NCBI GenBank assembly: GCA_008638125.1
Contig: VTPM01000001.1
Span: forward strand, 8,012 to 72,011
Reading direction: 5' to 3'
Length of the DNA stretch: 64,000 nt
From: Pelagibacteraceae bacterium
GTDB lineage: Bacteria > Pseudomonadota > Alphaproteobacteria > Pelagibacterales > Pelagibacteraceae
The notes below the pieces were generated by a model that saw only the letters and a program-made list of their open reading frames with translations, was not told the DNA's origin and made no database searches. A program made the translations under genes and the position numbers. Of the stretch, positions 7,720 through 19,576 are shown in pieces; positions within the stretch are counted from its first letter, which is position 1, and each line of letters starts with the position of its first letter.

Positions 7720-10398
7720 ATGGGACAAATTTTGCTTAGCGATGTCAGAAAAAAATTTTTAGAATTTTTTAATAAAAATGATCACCAAATAGTTGAGTCA
7801 AGCAACTTGGTTCCAAACAATGATCCAACCTTAATGTTTACCAACTCAGGTATGGTTCAGTTCAAAAATGTATTTACAGGTCTTGAAAAAAAATCATTTA
7901 AATTAGCAACCACGGCCCAAAAATGTGTTCGTGCAGGAGGGAAACATAACGATTTAGAAAACGTAGGTTATACGCCAAGACACCATACTTTTTTTGAAAT
8001 GCTTGGTAATTTTTCTTTTGGGGACTACTTTAAAGAACAAGCAATTCATCATGCGTGGAATTTATTAACGAAAGAATTTCAGATTCCTAAAGAAAAATTA
8101 TTAGCCACAGTTTATGCGGAAGATGACGAGTCTTTTAATTTATGGAAGAAAATCGCAGGTTTTAGCGATGATAAAATTATTAGAATACCCACATCGGATA
8201 ATTTTTGGTCTATGGGTGATACTGGTCCGTGTGGTCCTTGCTCTGAAATATTTTATGATCATGGAGAAAAATTAAAAGGTGGGCTTCCTGGATCGCCAGA
8301 ACAAGATGGAGATCGATATATAGAAATTTGGAATCTTGTATTTATGCAATACGAACAAATTTCAAAAGATAAGCGAATAAATTTGCCTAAACCATCTGTT
8401 GATACAGGTATGGGTTTAGAACGAATGACAGCTGTTCTTCAGGGGACTCATGATAATTATAATATTGATCATTTCAAAAAAATTATGAGTGCTTCAGCTG
8501 ATATTACTAAGGCACCTATTAATGAAAAAACTATCGCAAGTCATAGAGTTATTGCTGATCACTTAAGAGCGAGCAGTTTTTTAATTGCTGAAGGTATTCT
8601 TCCTTCTAATGAGGGACGAGGTTATGTACTTCGAAGAATTATGCGAAGAGGAATGCGTCACGCACATACTTTGGGAAGTAAAAATCCTGTTTTTTTTAAA
8701 CTATTTGAAACTTTGCTAAAAGAAATGTCAGAAAGCTATCCAGAACTTAAAAGAGGGCAGGATTTAATTGTTGAAACACTTAAAAATGAAGAAGAAAAAT
8801 TTTCATCTTTGTTGGAACGTGGAATAAAAATTCTAGATGAAAATTTAGAAAAAGTTAAAAATAAAATTTTACCTGGGGATATTGCTTTTAAACTTTATGA
8901 CACTTACGGTTTTCCATTAGATTTGACTGCTGATATTCTTAGAGGAAAAAACATAGCTGTAGACAACAAGGGGTTCGAAGAAGCTATGGAAAAAAGCAAA
9001 GAACTTGCTAGAGCCAATTGGAAAGGATCTGGTGATAAATCAGTTGAAGAGAAATGGTTTAAGGTTAGAGAAGAAATAAATGCTACTGAATTTTTAGGTT
9101 ATGAATATGATAAAGCCGAAGGCGTAGTTCTAAAAATCTCTAAAGGTAAAAGTTTTATTAATGAAGCTCAAACTGGAGATGAAGTGGAAATAATTACCAA
9201 TCAAACACCTTTTTATGCTGAATCAGGCGGTCAAGTTGGTGATCAAGGTTTTATTAGTACTACAAATTGTAAAATTAAGATTATTGATACGCAAAAAAAA
9301 ATGGGAGATCTTCATGTTCATTTAGGTAAAGTAGAGTCCGGATCAATTAAAATTGGTGAAAATGTAAATTTAGTAATAGATGTAGAGAGAAGGAATGATG
9401 CAAGAGCTTATCATTCCGCAACCCATTTGCTACACGAAGCTTTGAGAAGAACTCTGGGTAAGCATGTTATTCAAAAAGGGTCTTTAGTCAGTCCTGAAAA
9501 ATTAAGGTTTGATTTTAGCCACAACAAACCAATTGAGAATAGCGAATTAAATAAAATTGAAAAATATGTAAACGATATGGTTGCCACATCAAGCGATGTA
9601 AGAACGCGTATTATGACACCAGACGAGGCCGTTGAAAATGGAGCTTTAGCATTATTTGGTGAAAAATATGGAGAAGAAGTGAGAGTACTATCGATGGGAA
9701 AAGAAGGAAGTGCTTATTTTTCAACAGAACTTTGCGGAGGGACTCATGTTCGTAATACAAAAGACATCGGGAGATTCAAGATTGTAAGCCAATCTGCTAT
9801 AGCTTCTGGTATCAGAAGAGTAGAAGCTTTAAGAGAAAAACAGCTTGAACAATATGAAAAAAACTTAAAGCAAACTCAAACTAATAAAGAGAAAAAAACT
9901 GAAGAAGAAATCAAGGATATAAAACATCAATTAGCTTCCCTAGGTGTTTCTTCACCAAATTATAATTCAGAATTAGATTTAACTGAGAATCTTAAAAATT
10001 TAAACAAACAGCTAGAGCTGGAAAAAATTAAGTTGGTTTTATCCAATAAAACTAAAAATATTATTCAAGATAACAAAATAAAAGATTTTATTTTTAGAGT
10101 TCAGCAATTAGATGGATTACCTCCAAAAGAGCTAAGACAAATAATTGATAGCGGAAAAAAAGAAATTCAAGAAGGAATTGTTTTAGCTATTAGTAGCTAT
10201 GAAGAAAAATTAGGGATCGCAATAGGTGTTACTTCTAATCTAATCAATAAATTTGATGCAGTTGCTTTAGTAAAAGAAGCATCAATTATTCTAGGTGGAA
10301 GCGGAGGAGGTGGAAGAAAAGATTTTGCTCAATCTGGCGGTACAGATAAATCAAAAATTAATGAAGCTATTGATTTTATTAAATCAAAAATTAGTTAA
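7720..10398 (+). CDS. alaS: Alanine--tRNA ligase
   Basis: [34 protein letters not shown], editing motifs HSATH and ELCGGTHV, C-terminal GGGGR.DFAQ.GG. Confidence 0.99.
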   Translation: MGQILLSDVRKKFLEFFNKNDHQIVESSNLVPNNDPTLMFTNSGMVQFKNVFTGLEKKSFKLATTAQKCVRAGGKHNDLENVGYTPRHHTFFEMLGNFSFGDYFKEQAIHHAWNLLTKEFQIPKEKLLATVYAEDDESFNLWKKIAGFSDDKIIRIPTSDNFWSMGDTGPCGPCSEIFYDHGEKLKGGLPGSPEQDGDRYIEIWNLVFMQYEQISKDKRINLPKPSVDTGMGLERMTAVLQGTHDNYNIDHFKKIMSASADITKAPINEKTIASHRVIADHLRASSFLIAEGILPSNEGRGYVLRRIMRRGMRHAHTLGSKNPVFFKLFETLLKEMSESYPELKRGQDLIVETLKNEEEKFSSLLERGIKILDENLEKVKNKILPGDIAFKLYDTYGFPLDLTADILRGKNIAVDNKGFEEAMEKSKELARANWKGSGDKSVEEKWFKVREEINATEFLGYEYDKAEGVVLKISKGKSFINEAQTGDEVEIITNQTPFYAESGGQVGDQGFISTTNCKIKIIDTQKKMGDLHVHLGKVESGSIKIGENVNLVIDVERRNDARAYHSATHLLHEALRRTLGKHVIQKGSLVSPEKLRFDFSHNKPIENSELNKIEKYVNDMVATSSDVRTRIMTPDEAVENGALALFGEKYGEEVRVLSMGKEGSAYFSTELCGGTHVRNTKDIGRFKIVSQSAIASGIRRVEALREKQLEQYEKNLKQTQTNKEKKTEEEIKDIKHQLASLGVSSPNYNSELDLTENLKNLNKQLELEKIKLVLSNKTKNIIQDNKIKDFIFRVQQLDGLPPKELRQIIDSGKKEIQEGIVLAISSYEEKLGIAIGVTSNLINKFDAVALVKEASIILGGSGGGGRKDFAQSGGTDKSKINEAIDFIKSKIS

Positions 10399-11605
10399 GT
10401 TTCTTTTTAAGATTTGAATTTATTGTCTCTAAAAATTGATTTGTACTTAGATACTTTGCATTTTTATCAATTAAAATAGCTAGATCTTTTGTCATTGAAC
10501 CGCTTTCAACTGTTTCAATACAAACTTGTTCGAGTGTTTCTGAAAATTTAATTAGTTCGTCATTACCATCTAATTTACCTCTATGAGCTAGCCCTCTCGT
10601 CCAAGCAAATATTGAGGCAATTGGATTAGTAGATGTTTCTTTTCCTTGTTGATGCATACGATAGTGTCTAGTAACAGTACCGTGTGCTGCTTCAGCCTCT
10701 ACTGTTTTGCCATCTGGAGACATTAGCACACTTGTCATCAAGCCTAATGAACCAAAACCTTGTGCCACCGTATCTGATTGAACGTCACCGTCATAATTTT
10801 TACAAGCCCAAACATATGCACCATTCCATTTCATCGCACAGGCAACCATGTCATCAATTAATCTATGCTCGTATGTGATATTTGCCGATTTAAATTTATC
10901 AGAGAATTCTTTTTGATAAACTTCTTCAAACAAATCTTTAAATCTTCCGTCATAAGCTTTTAGAATAGTATTCTTAGTTGAAAGATATACAGGCCAGTTT
11001 CTTTGCAAGCCATAATTCATGCAGGCTCTTGCAAAATCTCTTATTGATTGATCTAAATTATACATAGAAAGCGCAACACCAGGTCCAGTAAAATTAAAAA
11101 CTTCAAAAGATTTAGTGTCTTTTCCGTCTTCTGACGTCCATTTAACCTCCATCTTACCTTTTCCTGGAACCAAAAAATCTGTAGCTCTATATTGATCACC
11201 AAAAGCATGTCTTCCTATTACAATCGGCTTGGTCCAAGACGGGACTAATTTTGGAATATTTTTACAGATAATTGGTTCTCTAAAAACAGTGCCACCTAAA
11301 ATATTTCTTATGGTCCCATTAGGAGATTTCCACATTTTTTTTAATTTGAATTCTTCTACGCGAGCTTCATCAGGAGTGATTGTTGCACATTTAATTCCTA
11401 CTCCATATTTATTAATCGCATTAGCCGAGTCAATTGTGATTTGATCAGAAGTTTTATCTCTACTTTCAATGCCAAGATCATAATATTTGATATCAAGATC
11501 TAAGTAGGGATTAATTAGCTTATCTTTGATAAACGACCAAATAATTCTAGTCATTTCATCTCCGTCAAGCTCAACAACTGGATTTTTTACTTTAATTTTA
11601 GCCAT
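10391..11605 (-). CDS. icd: NADP-dependent isocitrate dehydrogenase (type II homodimer)
   Basis: [52 protein letters not shown]. Confidence 0.98.
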   Translation of the reverse strand: MAKIKVKNPVVELDGDEMTRIIWSFIKDKLINPYLDLDIKYYDLGIESRDKTSDQITIDSANAINKYGVGIKCATITPDEARVEEFKLKKMWKSPNGTIRNILGGTVFREPIICKNIPKLVPSWTKPIVIGRHAFGDQYRATDFLVPGKGKMEVKWTSEDGKDTKSFEVFNFTGPGVALSMYNLDQSIRDFARACMNYGLQRNWPVYLSTKNTILKAYDGRFKDLFEEVYQKEFSDKFKSANITYEHRLIDDMVACAMKWNGAYVWACKNYDGDVQSDTVAQGFGSLGLMTSVLMSPDGKTVEAEAAHGTVTRHYRMHQQGKETSTNPIASIFAWTRGLAHRGKLDGNDELIKFSETLEQVCIETVESGSMTKDLAILIDKNAKYLSTNQFLETINSNLKKKLN

Positions 11606-11668
11606 ATAAATAAATTGATTAATAGGAGTTTTTATACATATTAGGTAAAATTATCAAATTTTAAAATT

Positions 11669-12319
11669 ATGCTTAATACAATTTTTCCAAAAATACATAA
11701 AGAGGGCTACAGATTTTTAGCTATTGCAATTGTAGTAACATTTCTTCTTCTGCTTTTTTCAGAGATCTTAGGTTTGATAGGAGTTTTATTGACGGTTTGG
11801 GTTTATTATTTTTTTAGAGACCCAGATAGAATATCTATAGATGATGATAATTTTTTAGTAAGCCCAGCAGATGGATTGATATCAAATATTGAAGAAGTAA
11901 ATGGACCAATAGAATTATCTCTAGATAATAAAAAATTTACAAAAGTCAGTGTTTTTATGAACGTTTTTAATTGTCACGTTAATCGCTCTCCTGTTTCAGC
12001 TAAAGTAGAAGAAATATTTTATAAGCCTGGAAAATTTTTAAATGCAAGCCTAGACAAATCTAGCGAAGAAAATGAAAGAAATTACTATAGACTTAAAACA
12101 CTCAATGATGGAGAGGAAATTATTATAGTTCAAATTGCAGGCTTGATTGCTAGAAGAATAGTTTGTGAAGTAGAGTCTAATCAAGAAGTTAAACAAGGTG
12201 AGCGTATTGGCATGATAAGATTTGGAAGTAGAGTTGATATATTTTTTAATAATCGAAAACTATTAGCTAAAGTTGGACAAAATGTTGTGGCAGGTGAGAG
12301 TTTAATAGCCTCGAAGTAG
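11669..12319 (+). CDS. psd: Phosphatidylserine decarboxylase proenzyme
   Basis: FFRDPDR, SPADG, HVNRSP, and the RFGSRVD self-cleavage motif. Confidence 0.96.
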   Translation: MLNTIFPKIHKEGYRFLAIAIVVTFLLLLFSEILGLIGVLLTVWVYYFFRDPDRISIDDDNFLVSPADGLISNIEEVNGPIELSLDNKKFTKVSVFMNVFNCHVNRSPVSAKVEEIFYKPGKFLNASLDKSSEENERNYYRLKTLNDGEEIIIVQIAGLIARRIVCEVESNQEVKQGERIGMIRFGSRVDIFFNNRKLLAKVGQNVVAGESLIASK

Positions 12320-12320
12320 A

Positions 12321-13124
12321 ATGGAAAAGAAAAATCCCTTTAATATTGTTTCAAAAACAAAACAATCTAGATTCATATTACCAAGTCTTTTAACCTTAGT
12401 TGGTGTTTGTCTTGGAATCAGTTCAATAAAATTTTCATTAGATGGTAATTTTTCCCTAGCAGTTACCTTTATAGTGTTTGCTGCATTGCTGGACGCTTTG
12501 GATGGAAGGATAGCAAGATTAATAAAAGGAACATCAGAATTTGGTAAAGAATTAGACTCTTTAACAGATTTTGTCAGTTTTGGAATTGCACCTGCATTCA
12601 TTATATATTTTTGGGAATTAAAAAATTATGGAAAAATAGGATGGGCAATAACATTAATTTTTTCTGTATGTTGTGTGTTGAGATTAGCTAGATTTAATTT
12701 AACAAAAATTCCTGAGAATGCTGAATGGAAATTAAATTATTTTGAGGGCGTGCCGTCACCGGCAGGAGCAGGCTTAGCTTTACTCCCTTTGATTTATGAA
12801 TTGTCAGATTTTAATTTAACGCTAAATATAAAAAATATCACTCCTTACTTTGTAGTAGTTGTTGCGTTTTTATTGATAAGTAAAATTCCAACTTTTTCTT
12901 TAAAAAAAATTAAAATATCAAGACGTTTGTCAATTTTTTTACTTTTTGGAATTGCAACAATCTTTGTTTCATTAATATTCTTTACATTTAATGCATTGTT
13001 AGTCTTAGGTTTAGTCTATTTATCATCAATTCCGTTAAGCTATATTTCTTTCCAAAGAAATAACCAGAAACAGTTTAAAGAAGAAAAGAAAGATGCAGAT
13101 GAAGATGATGAAGATATTCTTTAA
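12321..13124 (+). CDS. pssA: CDP-diacylglycerol--serine O-phosphatidyltransferase
   Basis: DALDGRIARL..GTSEFGKELDSLTDFVSFG, RLARFN, YFEGVPSPAGA; follows psd. Confidence 0.95.
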   Translation: MEKKNPFNIVSKTKQSRFILPSLLTLVGVCLGISSIKFSLDGNFSLAVTFIVFAALLDALDGRIARLIKGTSEFGKELDSLTDFVSFGIAPAFIIYFWELKNYGKIGWAITLIFSVCCVLRLARFNLTKIPENAEWKLNYFEGVPSPAGAGLALLPLIYELSDFNLTLNIKNITPYFVVVVAFLLISKIPTFSLKKIKISRRLSIFLLFGIATIFVSLIFFTFNALLVLGLVYLSSIPLSYISFQRNNQKQFKEEKKDADEDDEDIL

Positions 13125-13750
13125 TGAAGAAAACAAAAAGAGCAAAAAAAAGCAGAACCTGGGTCATTAAACAGCACAGAGATCAATTTTTTAAGAAAGC
13201 AAAAGTATTAGGTTATCGCTCCAGAGCAGCATTTAAACTTTTAGAATTAAATAAAAAATTTAATTTTATTAAATCTAACTCAAATTTATTAGATATTGGA
13301 GCTACCCCAGGAGGCTGGTCTCAAGTAGCATCAAAAATGGTCATACGTGGAAAAATTTTAGCAGTTGATATCTTGCCTATGGAAAAAATTAAAAATGTTA
13401 ATTTTATCAATGGAGATTTTTTAGAAGAAACAACACAACAGCAGATAAAAAATATTTTTCAAAAAAAAATTGATGTAATTATTTCTGATATGGCTGAAAA
13501 TACAACTGGCAACAAATCTATTGATTCGATACGAACCAACAATCTTTGTGCAGAAGTAATAAAATTTTCTATAAACCATCTAGATATTAATGGGGTATTG
13601 GTGTGCAAACTCTTTATGGGAGACGATTTTATTTTAGTTAAAGATTTAGCCAAAAAAAATTTTAAAACAGTAGAATTTTTTAAGCCTGAATCTAGTAGAA
13701 GTGAGTCAAAAGAAACTTATATTTTTTGTTCAACTTTAAAGTCTTTATAA
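13124..13750 (+). CDS. rlmE: 23S rRNA Um2552 methyltransferase RlmE/FtsJ
   Basis: GYRSRAAFKLLEL, DIGATPGGWSQ, ISDMA, KPESSRSESKETY. Confidence 0.96.
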   Translation: MKKTKRAKKSRTWVIKQHRDQFFKKAKVLGYRSRAAFKLLELNKKFNFIKSNSNLLDIGATPGGWSQVASKMVIRGKILAVDILPMEKIKNVNFINGDFLEETTQQQIKNIFQKKIDVIISDMAENTTGNKSIDSIRTNNLCAEVIKFSINHLDINGVLVCKLFMGDDFILVKDLAKKNFKTVEFFKPESSRSESKETYIFCSTLKSL

Positions 13751-13776
13751 ATTTTTAAAATTGTATATAAGTGTAT

Positions 13777-14856
13777 ATGGAAGCAATCAAGGAAGCATTA
13801 ACATTTGATGATGTACTTCTCATCCCAAAATTTTCGTCTACGCTACCGACAGAAACTAATTTAAGTATTAATTTAGCAAAGAATTTAAAACTTAAAATTC
13901 CTTTTTTATCTTCTGCAATGGATACAGTAACAGAATCCAAAATGGCTATTGCAATTGCTCATCAAGGGGGGCTTGGAGTTATACATAGAAATTTATCCAT
14001 TAATTCACAGGTCAAAGAAATAAAAAAAGTAAAAAATAAAAAATTATTAGTTGGCGCAGCTGTAGGAACTAGCGAAGAAGATATTTTGCGAGCAAAGTCA
14101 ATTTTAGATGCCGGATTAGATTTATTGGTTATAGATACTGCCCATGGCCATAGTCTTAAAGTTATAAATACGTTAAAAAAAATAAGAAAATTTAGTAATA
14201 AAATTCCGATTTGTGTAGGGAATATCGCAACTGGTGAAGCTGCTGTTAAATTATATAATGAAGGAGCAGACATATTGAAAGTTGGTATTGGCCCTGGATC
14301 TATTTGCACAACTAGAATGATTGCTGGTATTGGCGTGCCTCAAATAACTGCAATTCGTAATGTTAAAAAAAGTATGAAAAATAAAAAAATAAAAATTATC
14401 TCCGATGGAGGCATAAAATTCTCTGGCGATTTAGTCAAAGCGATTGCTGCTGGTGCTGATGCAATAATGATGGGTTCAATTTTTGCAGGAACAGAGGAAA
14501 GCCCGGGTAAGAAATTTAAATATAAAAATAAATTATACAAATCATATAGAGGTATGGGGTCAATTGGCGCTATGTCAGCAGGATCCTCTAATAGATATTT
14601 TCAAAAAAACTATAAGGATAAATCTAAATTTGTACCTGAAGGAGTAGAAGCTAGAGTTTTATATAAAGGCTCAGTAGAGAAAATTATTTATCAATTGCAA
14701 GGAGGACTCAGATCATCCATGGGGTATATTGGAGCAAAAAAAATTGAGGAAATTTATAAAAAAGGAAAATTTATAAAAATTACTAAAGCAGGTTTTTATG
14801 AAAGTATGGTACATAGCGTAGAAGCAATTAAAGAGGAAACAAACTATAAATTATGA
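13777..14856 (+). CDS. guaB: IMP dehydrogenase lacking the CBS subdomain
   Basis: [25 protein letters not shown], catalytic [27 protein letters not shown] at 13777 preferred as start. Confidence 0.96.
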   Translation: MEAIKEALTFDDVLLIPKFSSTLPTETNLSINLAKNLKLKIPFLSSAMDTVTESKMAIAIAHQGGLGVIHRNLSINSQVKEIKKVKNKKLLVGAAVGTSEEDILRAKSILDAGLDLLVIDTAHGHSLKVINTLKKIRKFSNKIPICVGNIATGEAAVKLYNEGADILKVGIGPGSICTTRMIAGIGVPQITAIRNVKKSMKNKKIKIISDGGIKFSGDLVKAIAAGADAIMMGSIFAGTEESPGKKFKYKNKLYKSYRGMGSIGAMSAGSSNRYFQKNYKDKSKFVPEGVEARVLYKGSVEKIIYQLQGGLRSSMGYIGAKKIEEIYKKGKFIKITKAGFYESMVHSVEAIKEETNYKL

Positions 14857-15284
14857 TCAGAAGTATTTTTTTATCATTACTATCAATAATTTTTATTTTA
14901 AATTTTACTAACGTTAGTGCAAAAAATACCTATTTTGAGTCTGGAAAAAAATTATATGATGATAAAAATTATAATGACTCTAAGTTCTTTTTTGAAAAGG
15001 ATATAGTGTTTAATCCGAAAAGTGAAAATTCTTATCTATATCTAGCAAAAATATTTAAAGAAGAAGAAAAAGATGATTTAGAAGAGAATAATTTAAATAC
15101 TGTTTTATTGCTTAATCCTAAAAATGAAGAAGCAATATATCTGTTAGCACTACTAAGTATTAAAAAATCCAATTTTACAAAGGCTAACGAACTAATTGCC
15201 ACTCTTACTACAGTTTGTGAAAAACTTTGTGGAACGCGCGTAGAATTGCAGGAAAAGTTAGACAACTCTGCAAAAAGTGAATGA
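14853..15284 (+). CDS. Exported tetratricopeptide-repeat protein
   Basis: Signal peptide followed by repeated NPK.E...Y.LA TPR-like helices. Confidence 0.7.
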   Translation: MIRSIFLSLLSIIFILNFTNVSAKNTYFESGKKLYDDKNYNDSKFFFEKDIVFNPKSENSYLYLAKIFKEEEKDDLEENNLNTVLLLNPKNEEAIYLLALLSIKKSNFTKANELIATLTTVCEKLCGTRVELQEKLDNSAKSE

Positions 15285-16846
15285 GGGAAAAATTAAATAA
15301 AGACAAAATCATTATTATTGATTTTGGCTCTCAAGTCACAAAACTTATAGCAAGAAGAATAAGAGAATTTAATGTTTATTCAGAAATTTTAACCTCAAAC
15401 GAAATAAAGAAATTAGATAATTTTAACAATATAAGAGGTATTATTTTATCTGGTGGACCATCGACTGTAACCAAAGGCTTTTTTCCAAAAATTCCAAATC
15501 ATATTTTTAATTTAAATATACCCATCTTAGGTATCTGCTATGGATTACAATTAATTGCTAAACATTTTGGGGGTAGGGTCAAATCTAATATTAAAAAAAG
15601 AGAGTTTGGTAGAGCGGAATTAATAAATAAAAAAAAATCTAATCTAACCGAAGGATTTTTCAAAAAAAATAAAAAAACCAATGTATGGATGAGTCATCAA
15701 GACTCTGTCCAAAAACTTCCTAAAGGTTTTAGTAAAATAGCATCAACTAAACATTCAATTCTGACCATTATTGAGAACGTAAATAAAAAAATATACGGCA
15801 TTCAGTTTCACCCTGAAGTAACACATACTGAAAATGGAACAACATTGCTTAAAAATTTTGTTTTAAAAATTTGTAAAGCAAAAAAACAATGGAAATTAGA
15901 GTCTGAAAAATCAAGAATAATAAGGGAAATTAAAAATATTGTTCAAAATAAAAAGGTAGTTTGCGCTTTGTCTGGAGGCGTGGACAGTAGCGTGGTTGCT
16001 TTACTCATTAATAAAGCAATAGGAAAAAAATTAAAATGCATCATGGTTGATACAGGGCTTATGAGAAAAGACGAATTTAAATCAACTTATAAAATTTTTA
16101 AAAATAAATATAAATTAAATGTAAAGATAATTAATGCTTCTAAAATTTATTTTAAAAAACTTAAAAATATTTTTGATCCAGAAAAAAAAAGGAAAATAAT
16201 AGGAAATTTATTTATTCAAATTTTTGAAAAAGAAGCAAAAATGTTTAAAAATGTAAAATTTCTTGCTCAGGGAACACTTTATCCCGACATTATAGAAAGC
16301 AGATCTGCAACTGGCAGCAAAACATCCAAGATTAAATCACATCATAATGTTGGAGGATTACCAAAAAAAATGAATCTAAAATTAGTTGAACCTTTAAAAG
16401 AACTGTTCAAAGACGAGGTTCGAAAATTGGGTGATTCTATTGGTTTGATAAAAAGTATTTCAAGAAAACATCCTTTTCCAGGTCCAGGTTTAGCTATTAG
16501 AATTGTAGGTTCTGTAACTCCTGAAAAAGTTAAAATACTCCAAGAAGCAGATTATATTTTTATAAATGAACTCATAAAAAATGGCCTTTACGATAAGATT
16601 TGGCAAGCTTATGCGGCCTTATTACCAGTAAAAACCGTTGGCGTTATGGGTGACTCTAGAACATATGAATACATATGTTTAATTAGGGCTGTAATTTCAG
16701 AAGATGGGATGACTGCTGACTATTATAGCTTTCCAAAATATTTTTTAGACGAGATTTCAAACAAAATCATAAATGGTGTAAAAGGAATTAATAGAGTTGT
16801 ATATGATATTACCTCAAAACCACCAAGCACTATAGAACTTGAATAG
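15281..16846 (+). CDS. guaA: GMP synthase (glutamine-hydrolysing)
   Basis: [58 protein letters not shown]. Confidence 0.98.
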   Translation: MREKLNKDKIIIIDFGSQVTKLIARRIREFNVYSEILTSNEIKKLDNFNNIRGIILSGGPSTVTKGFFPKIPNHIFNLNIPILGICYGLQLIAKHFGGRVKSNIKKREFGRAELINKKKSNLTEGFFKKNKKTNVWMSHQDSVQKLPKGFSKIASTKHSILTIIENVNKKIYGIQFHPEVTHTENGTTLLKNFVLKICKAKKQWKLESEKSRIIREIKNIVQNKKVVCALSGGVDSSVVALLINKAIGKKLKCIMVDTGLMRKDEFKSTYKIFKNKYKLNVKIINASKIYFKKLKNIFDPEKKRKIIGNLFIQIFEKEAKMFKNVKFLAQGTLYPDIIESRSATGSKTSKIKSHHNVGGLPKKMNLKLVEPLKELFKDEVRKLGDSIGLIKSISRKHPFPGPGLAIRIVGSVTPEKVKILQEADYIFINELIKNGLYDKIWQAYAALLPVKTVGVMGDSRTYEYICLIRAVISEDGMTADYYSFPKYFLDEISNKIINGVKGINRVVYDITSKPPSTIELE

Positions 16847-16848
16847 AC

Positions 16849-17622
16849 ATGAACAATAAAATTTATCAGATAATAAAATCTAAAAATAAAAAAAAACTTG
16901 TCTGCTTGACCGCTTATTCAAAACCAATAGCTAAAATATTAGATAAACTTTGTGATATCGTTTTAGTTGGAGACTCTTTAGCTACTGCTATGTATGGTAT
17001 GAAAAACACTCATTCTGTAACCTTAGATACAATGATTCAACATGGTGTTAGTGTAGCATCGTCTATCAAGAGCGCTGTGTGCGTTGTGGATATGCCTGCT
17101 AAATCTTATAAGAATGTAGCCATAGGAAAAAAAAATGCAAAATTGATTTTTAAAAAAACAAAGTGCGATGCCGTGAAAGTAGAATGTAATGGAAAAAATT
17201 ATGATGTCATTAGTGCTATTGTTAAATCTGGAATACCAGTGATGGGTCATATTGGATTTACACCTCAATATTATAAAAAATTTAAAGCGCAAGGATTAGA
17301 AGAAAAAGATAAAATAAAATTAATAGAGCAAGCCAAAAAAAATGAAAAAGCTGGAGTTTTCAGTATTGTTTTAGAATGTGTTAGCACTTCTGTAGCAAGA
17401 GAAATCACCAAATTAATTAAAATTCCAACTATTGGTATTGGAGCATCAGGTTATTGTGATGGCCAAATTTTAGTTACAGATGATATGCTTGGTTTAAGTG
17501 GATTTTACCCCAAGTTTGTAAAAAAATTTGTTAATTTAAATAAAATTATTGAAAAGGGTGTTCAGAAATATAGAAATGCAGTAATTAATAATAAATTTCC
17601 AACAGATAAAAACACTTTTTAA
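16849..17622 (+). CDS. panB: 3-methyl-2-oxobutanoate hydroxymethyltransferase
   Basis: CLTAY, LVGDSL, VMGHIG.TPQ, PTIGIGA...CDGQILVTDDMLG. Confidence 0.96.
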   Translation: MNNKIYQIIKSKNKKKLVCLTAYSKPIAKILDKLCDIVLVGDSLATAMYGMKNTHSVTLDTMIQHGVSVASSIKSAVCVVDMPAKSYKNVAIGKKNAKLIFKKTKCDAVKVECNGKNYDVISAIVKSGIPVMGHIGFTPQYYKKFKAQGLEEKDKIKLIEQAKKNEKAGVFSIVLECVSTSVAREITKLIKIPTIGIGASGYCDGQILVTDDMLGLSGFYPKFVKKFVNLNKIIEKGVQKYRNAVINNKFPTDKNTF

Positions 17623-17629
17623 TTTTAAT

Positions 17630-18202
17630 ATGTCAATTGAAGAAAATAATAATAACTTTCAAAAAAAATTTATTAATTTTTTTAAAGAAAATATAAAATC
17701 AATAATAATTATTGTAGTAATAATTATTTTAACTTTATTTGGTTTTCTTTTTTATAAAAGTGCACAAGAGAAAAATAATATTGCAATTTCAGAAAAATAT
17801 ACAACTGCTTCTATATTGCATAGACAGGATAAAAAAAATGAAGCAAAAATTCTTTTTGAAAATATAATTCAAGAGAAGCATAAATTTTATTCACCATTAG
17901 CTTTATACTTTATGATTGATAATGATTTAGAGACAAATAATGAAAAAATTATAAATTATTTTGATCAAGTTATAAAAATAAAATCAATTGAAAAAGAAAA
18001 TTTAAATCTAATTAAAATTAAAAAAGCAATTTTTTTATTAAATTTAGATGAGGAAAACAAAGTAATTGAAACCTTAAATCCAATTATTAATTCTAAATCT
18101 GTATGGAGAGAGATGGCAATTAAGCTAATTTCTGATTATTTTATTTCTAAAAGTCAGGAAGTAAAAGCGAATGAATATTTGAATTTGTTAAATAACAAGT
18201 AA
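17630..18202 (+). CDS. Membrane-anchored TPR protein (YfgM-like)
   Basis: Single N-terminal TM helix and helical periplasmic domain, directly upstream of a BamB-like gene as in the usual yfgM-bamB pair. Confidence 0.6.
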   Translation: MSIEENNNNFQKKFINFFKENIKSIIIIVVIIILTLFGFLFYKSAQEKNNIAISEKYTTASILHRQDKKNEAKILFENIIQEKHKFYSPLALYFMIDNDLETNNEKIINYFDQVIKIKSIEKENLNLIKIKKAIFLLNLDEENKVIETLNPIINSKSVWREMAIKLISDYFISKSQEVKANEYLNLLNNK

Positions 18203-19575
18203 TGAAAAGATTATTAATAATCTTAGGGGTTATTATTTTAGCCTCATGTTCGTTTGATAATAAAACTGGTATTTGGAAGGACGCTTCAAATATTCCTGTA
18301 GAAGATAGTGGCTTGGGTTCAATACAAAACGATAATGCCAATCAACGTTATGAAGAAATTTTTACAAAAGATAAAATTTATAATGAAGAAAAAGTAGGCT
18401 CTATACCTTTAAATATCTCAATTGACCAACCTATCAAGGTTAGTAATTGGGTTGAGCAATATGCTGTACCTACAAATAATATTTCAAATTTTTATTACAC
18501 AAATAAAGACGTATTAGTTTCCAAGAGCTCAAAATTAAGCAAATTTTCAGGTAATAAAAATTACTCAAATAGATCAGTACTTTTTTATGAAAACAAACTA
18601 ATTTCATACGATCATAAAGGTACAATATTTCTTTACGATTTAGAGTTTAAGAAAAAAATTTTTGAATATAATTTTTATAAAAAAAATTTTAAAAACTTTG
18701 AAAAAGAAATTTATTTATTAATCGACAAAAATGTTTTATTTGCTGCTGATAATTTAGGTTATTTATATGCAATCGACCTTAATTCGAGATCTCTTCTTTG
18801 GGCAAAAAATTATGGTATTCCATTTAGATCAAATATTAAATTTGCTAACAATCAGCTTTTTTTGGCTAATCAAGATAATGTTATTTATTCAATTAATATT
18901 CAAAATGGAGATAAAAATTGGCAATTTGCTACAAGTCTTACTTTTTTAAAATCAGATTTTTATAATAATTTTGCAGTTGATGAAGTTAATAATAATTTAA
19001 TATTCTTAAATACTAGTGGTGAATTATATTCTATTAATTATTTAGATCAAAAAATTAATTGGGTTTTAAATTTTAAAAATCCCTCACTTGCTGGAGATAC
19101 AGATTTGTTTTTAAGCCAACCAATAATCGTTAAAAATAATGATGTTTTAATATCTACAGAAAAAGCAATATTTAGTTATAATCACTTAAACACTATTAGA
19201 AATTGGAGTTTTTCAATTGAGCCAAGTTTAAAACCCGTATCAACTCTTAATCATGTTTTTGTTTTAGCTAATAATGACTTATTAATTTGCTTAGACCTAA
19301 GTACTGGTAATGTTATTTGGTCAAAAAATATATTTAAAGAAATTGGAAATAACAAAATCTCAAAAAAGATTGGTAAATTTTATGATATGAAAATTGTAAA
19401 CGGGAATATCAATCTTTTCTCAAATGAAGGTTATTCATTCTCATACAAATTTGAAGATGGAAGCTTAATAAATTTCAAAAAGTTAAGCAGATCAGGAATT
19501 AATTCAAAAATTTATTTTATTAATGAATCAATGTTACTGTTAGATAATAGTAATAAGTTACTTAGATATAATTAA
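18202..19575 (+). CDS. PQQ-like beta-propeller lipoprotein (BamB-like)
   Basis: Lipobox LASC and repeated LYAID.....LLW / IYSIN...G..NW / CLDLSTG.VIW blades. Confidence 0.78.
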   Translation: MKRLLIILGVIILASCSFDNKTGIWKDASNIPVEDSGLGSIQNDNANQRYEEIFTKDKIYNEEKVGSIPLNISIDQPIKVSNWVEQYAVPTNNISNFYYTNKDVLVSKSSKLSKFSGNKNYSNRSVLFYENKLISYDHKGTIFLYDLEFKKKIFEYNFYKKNFKNFEKEIYLLIDKNVLFAADNLGYLYAIDLNSRSLLWAKNYGIPFRSNIKFANNQLFLANQDNVIYSINIQNGDKNWQFATSLTFLKSDFYNNFAVDEVNNNLIFLNTSGELYSINYLDQKINWVLNFKNPSLAGDTDLFLSQPIIVKNNDVLISTEKAIFSYNHLNTIRNWSFSIEPSLKPVSTLNHVFVLANNDLLICLDLSTGNVIWSKNIFKEIGNNKISKKIGKFYDMKIVNGNINLFSNEGYSFSYKFEDGSLINFKKLSRSGINSKIYFINESMLLLDNSNKLLRYN

Positions 19576-19576
19576 T

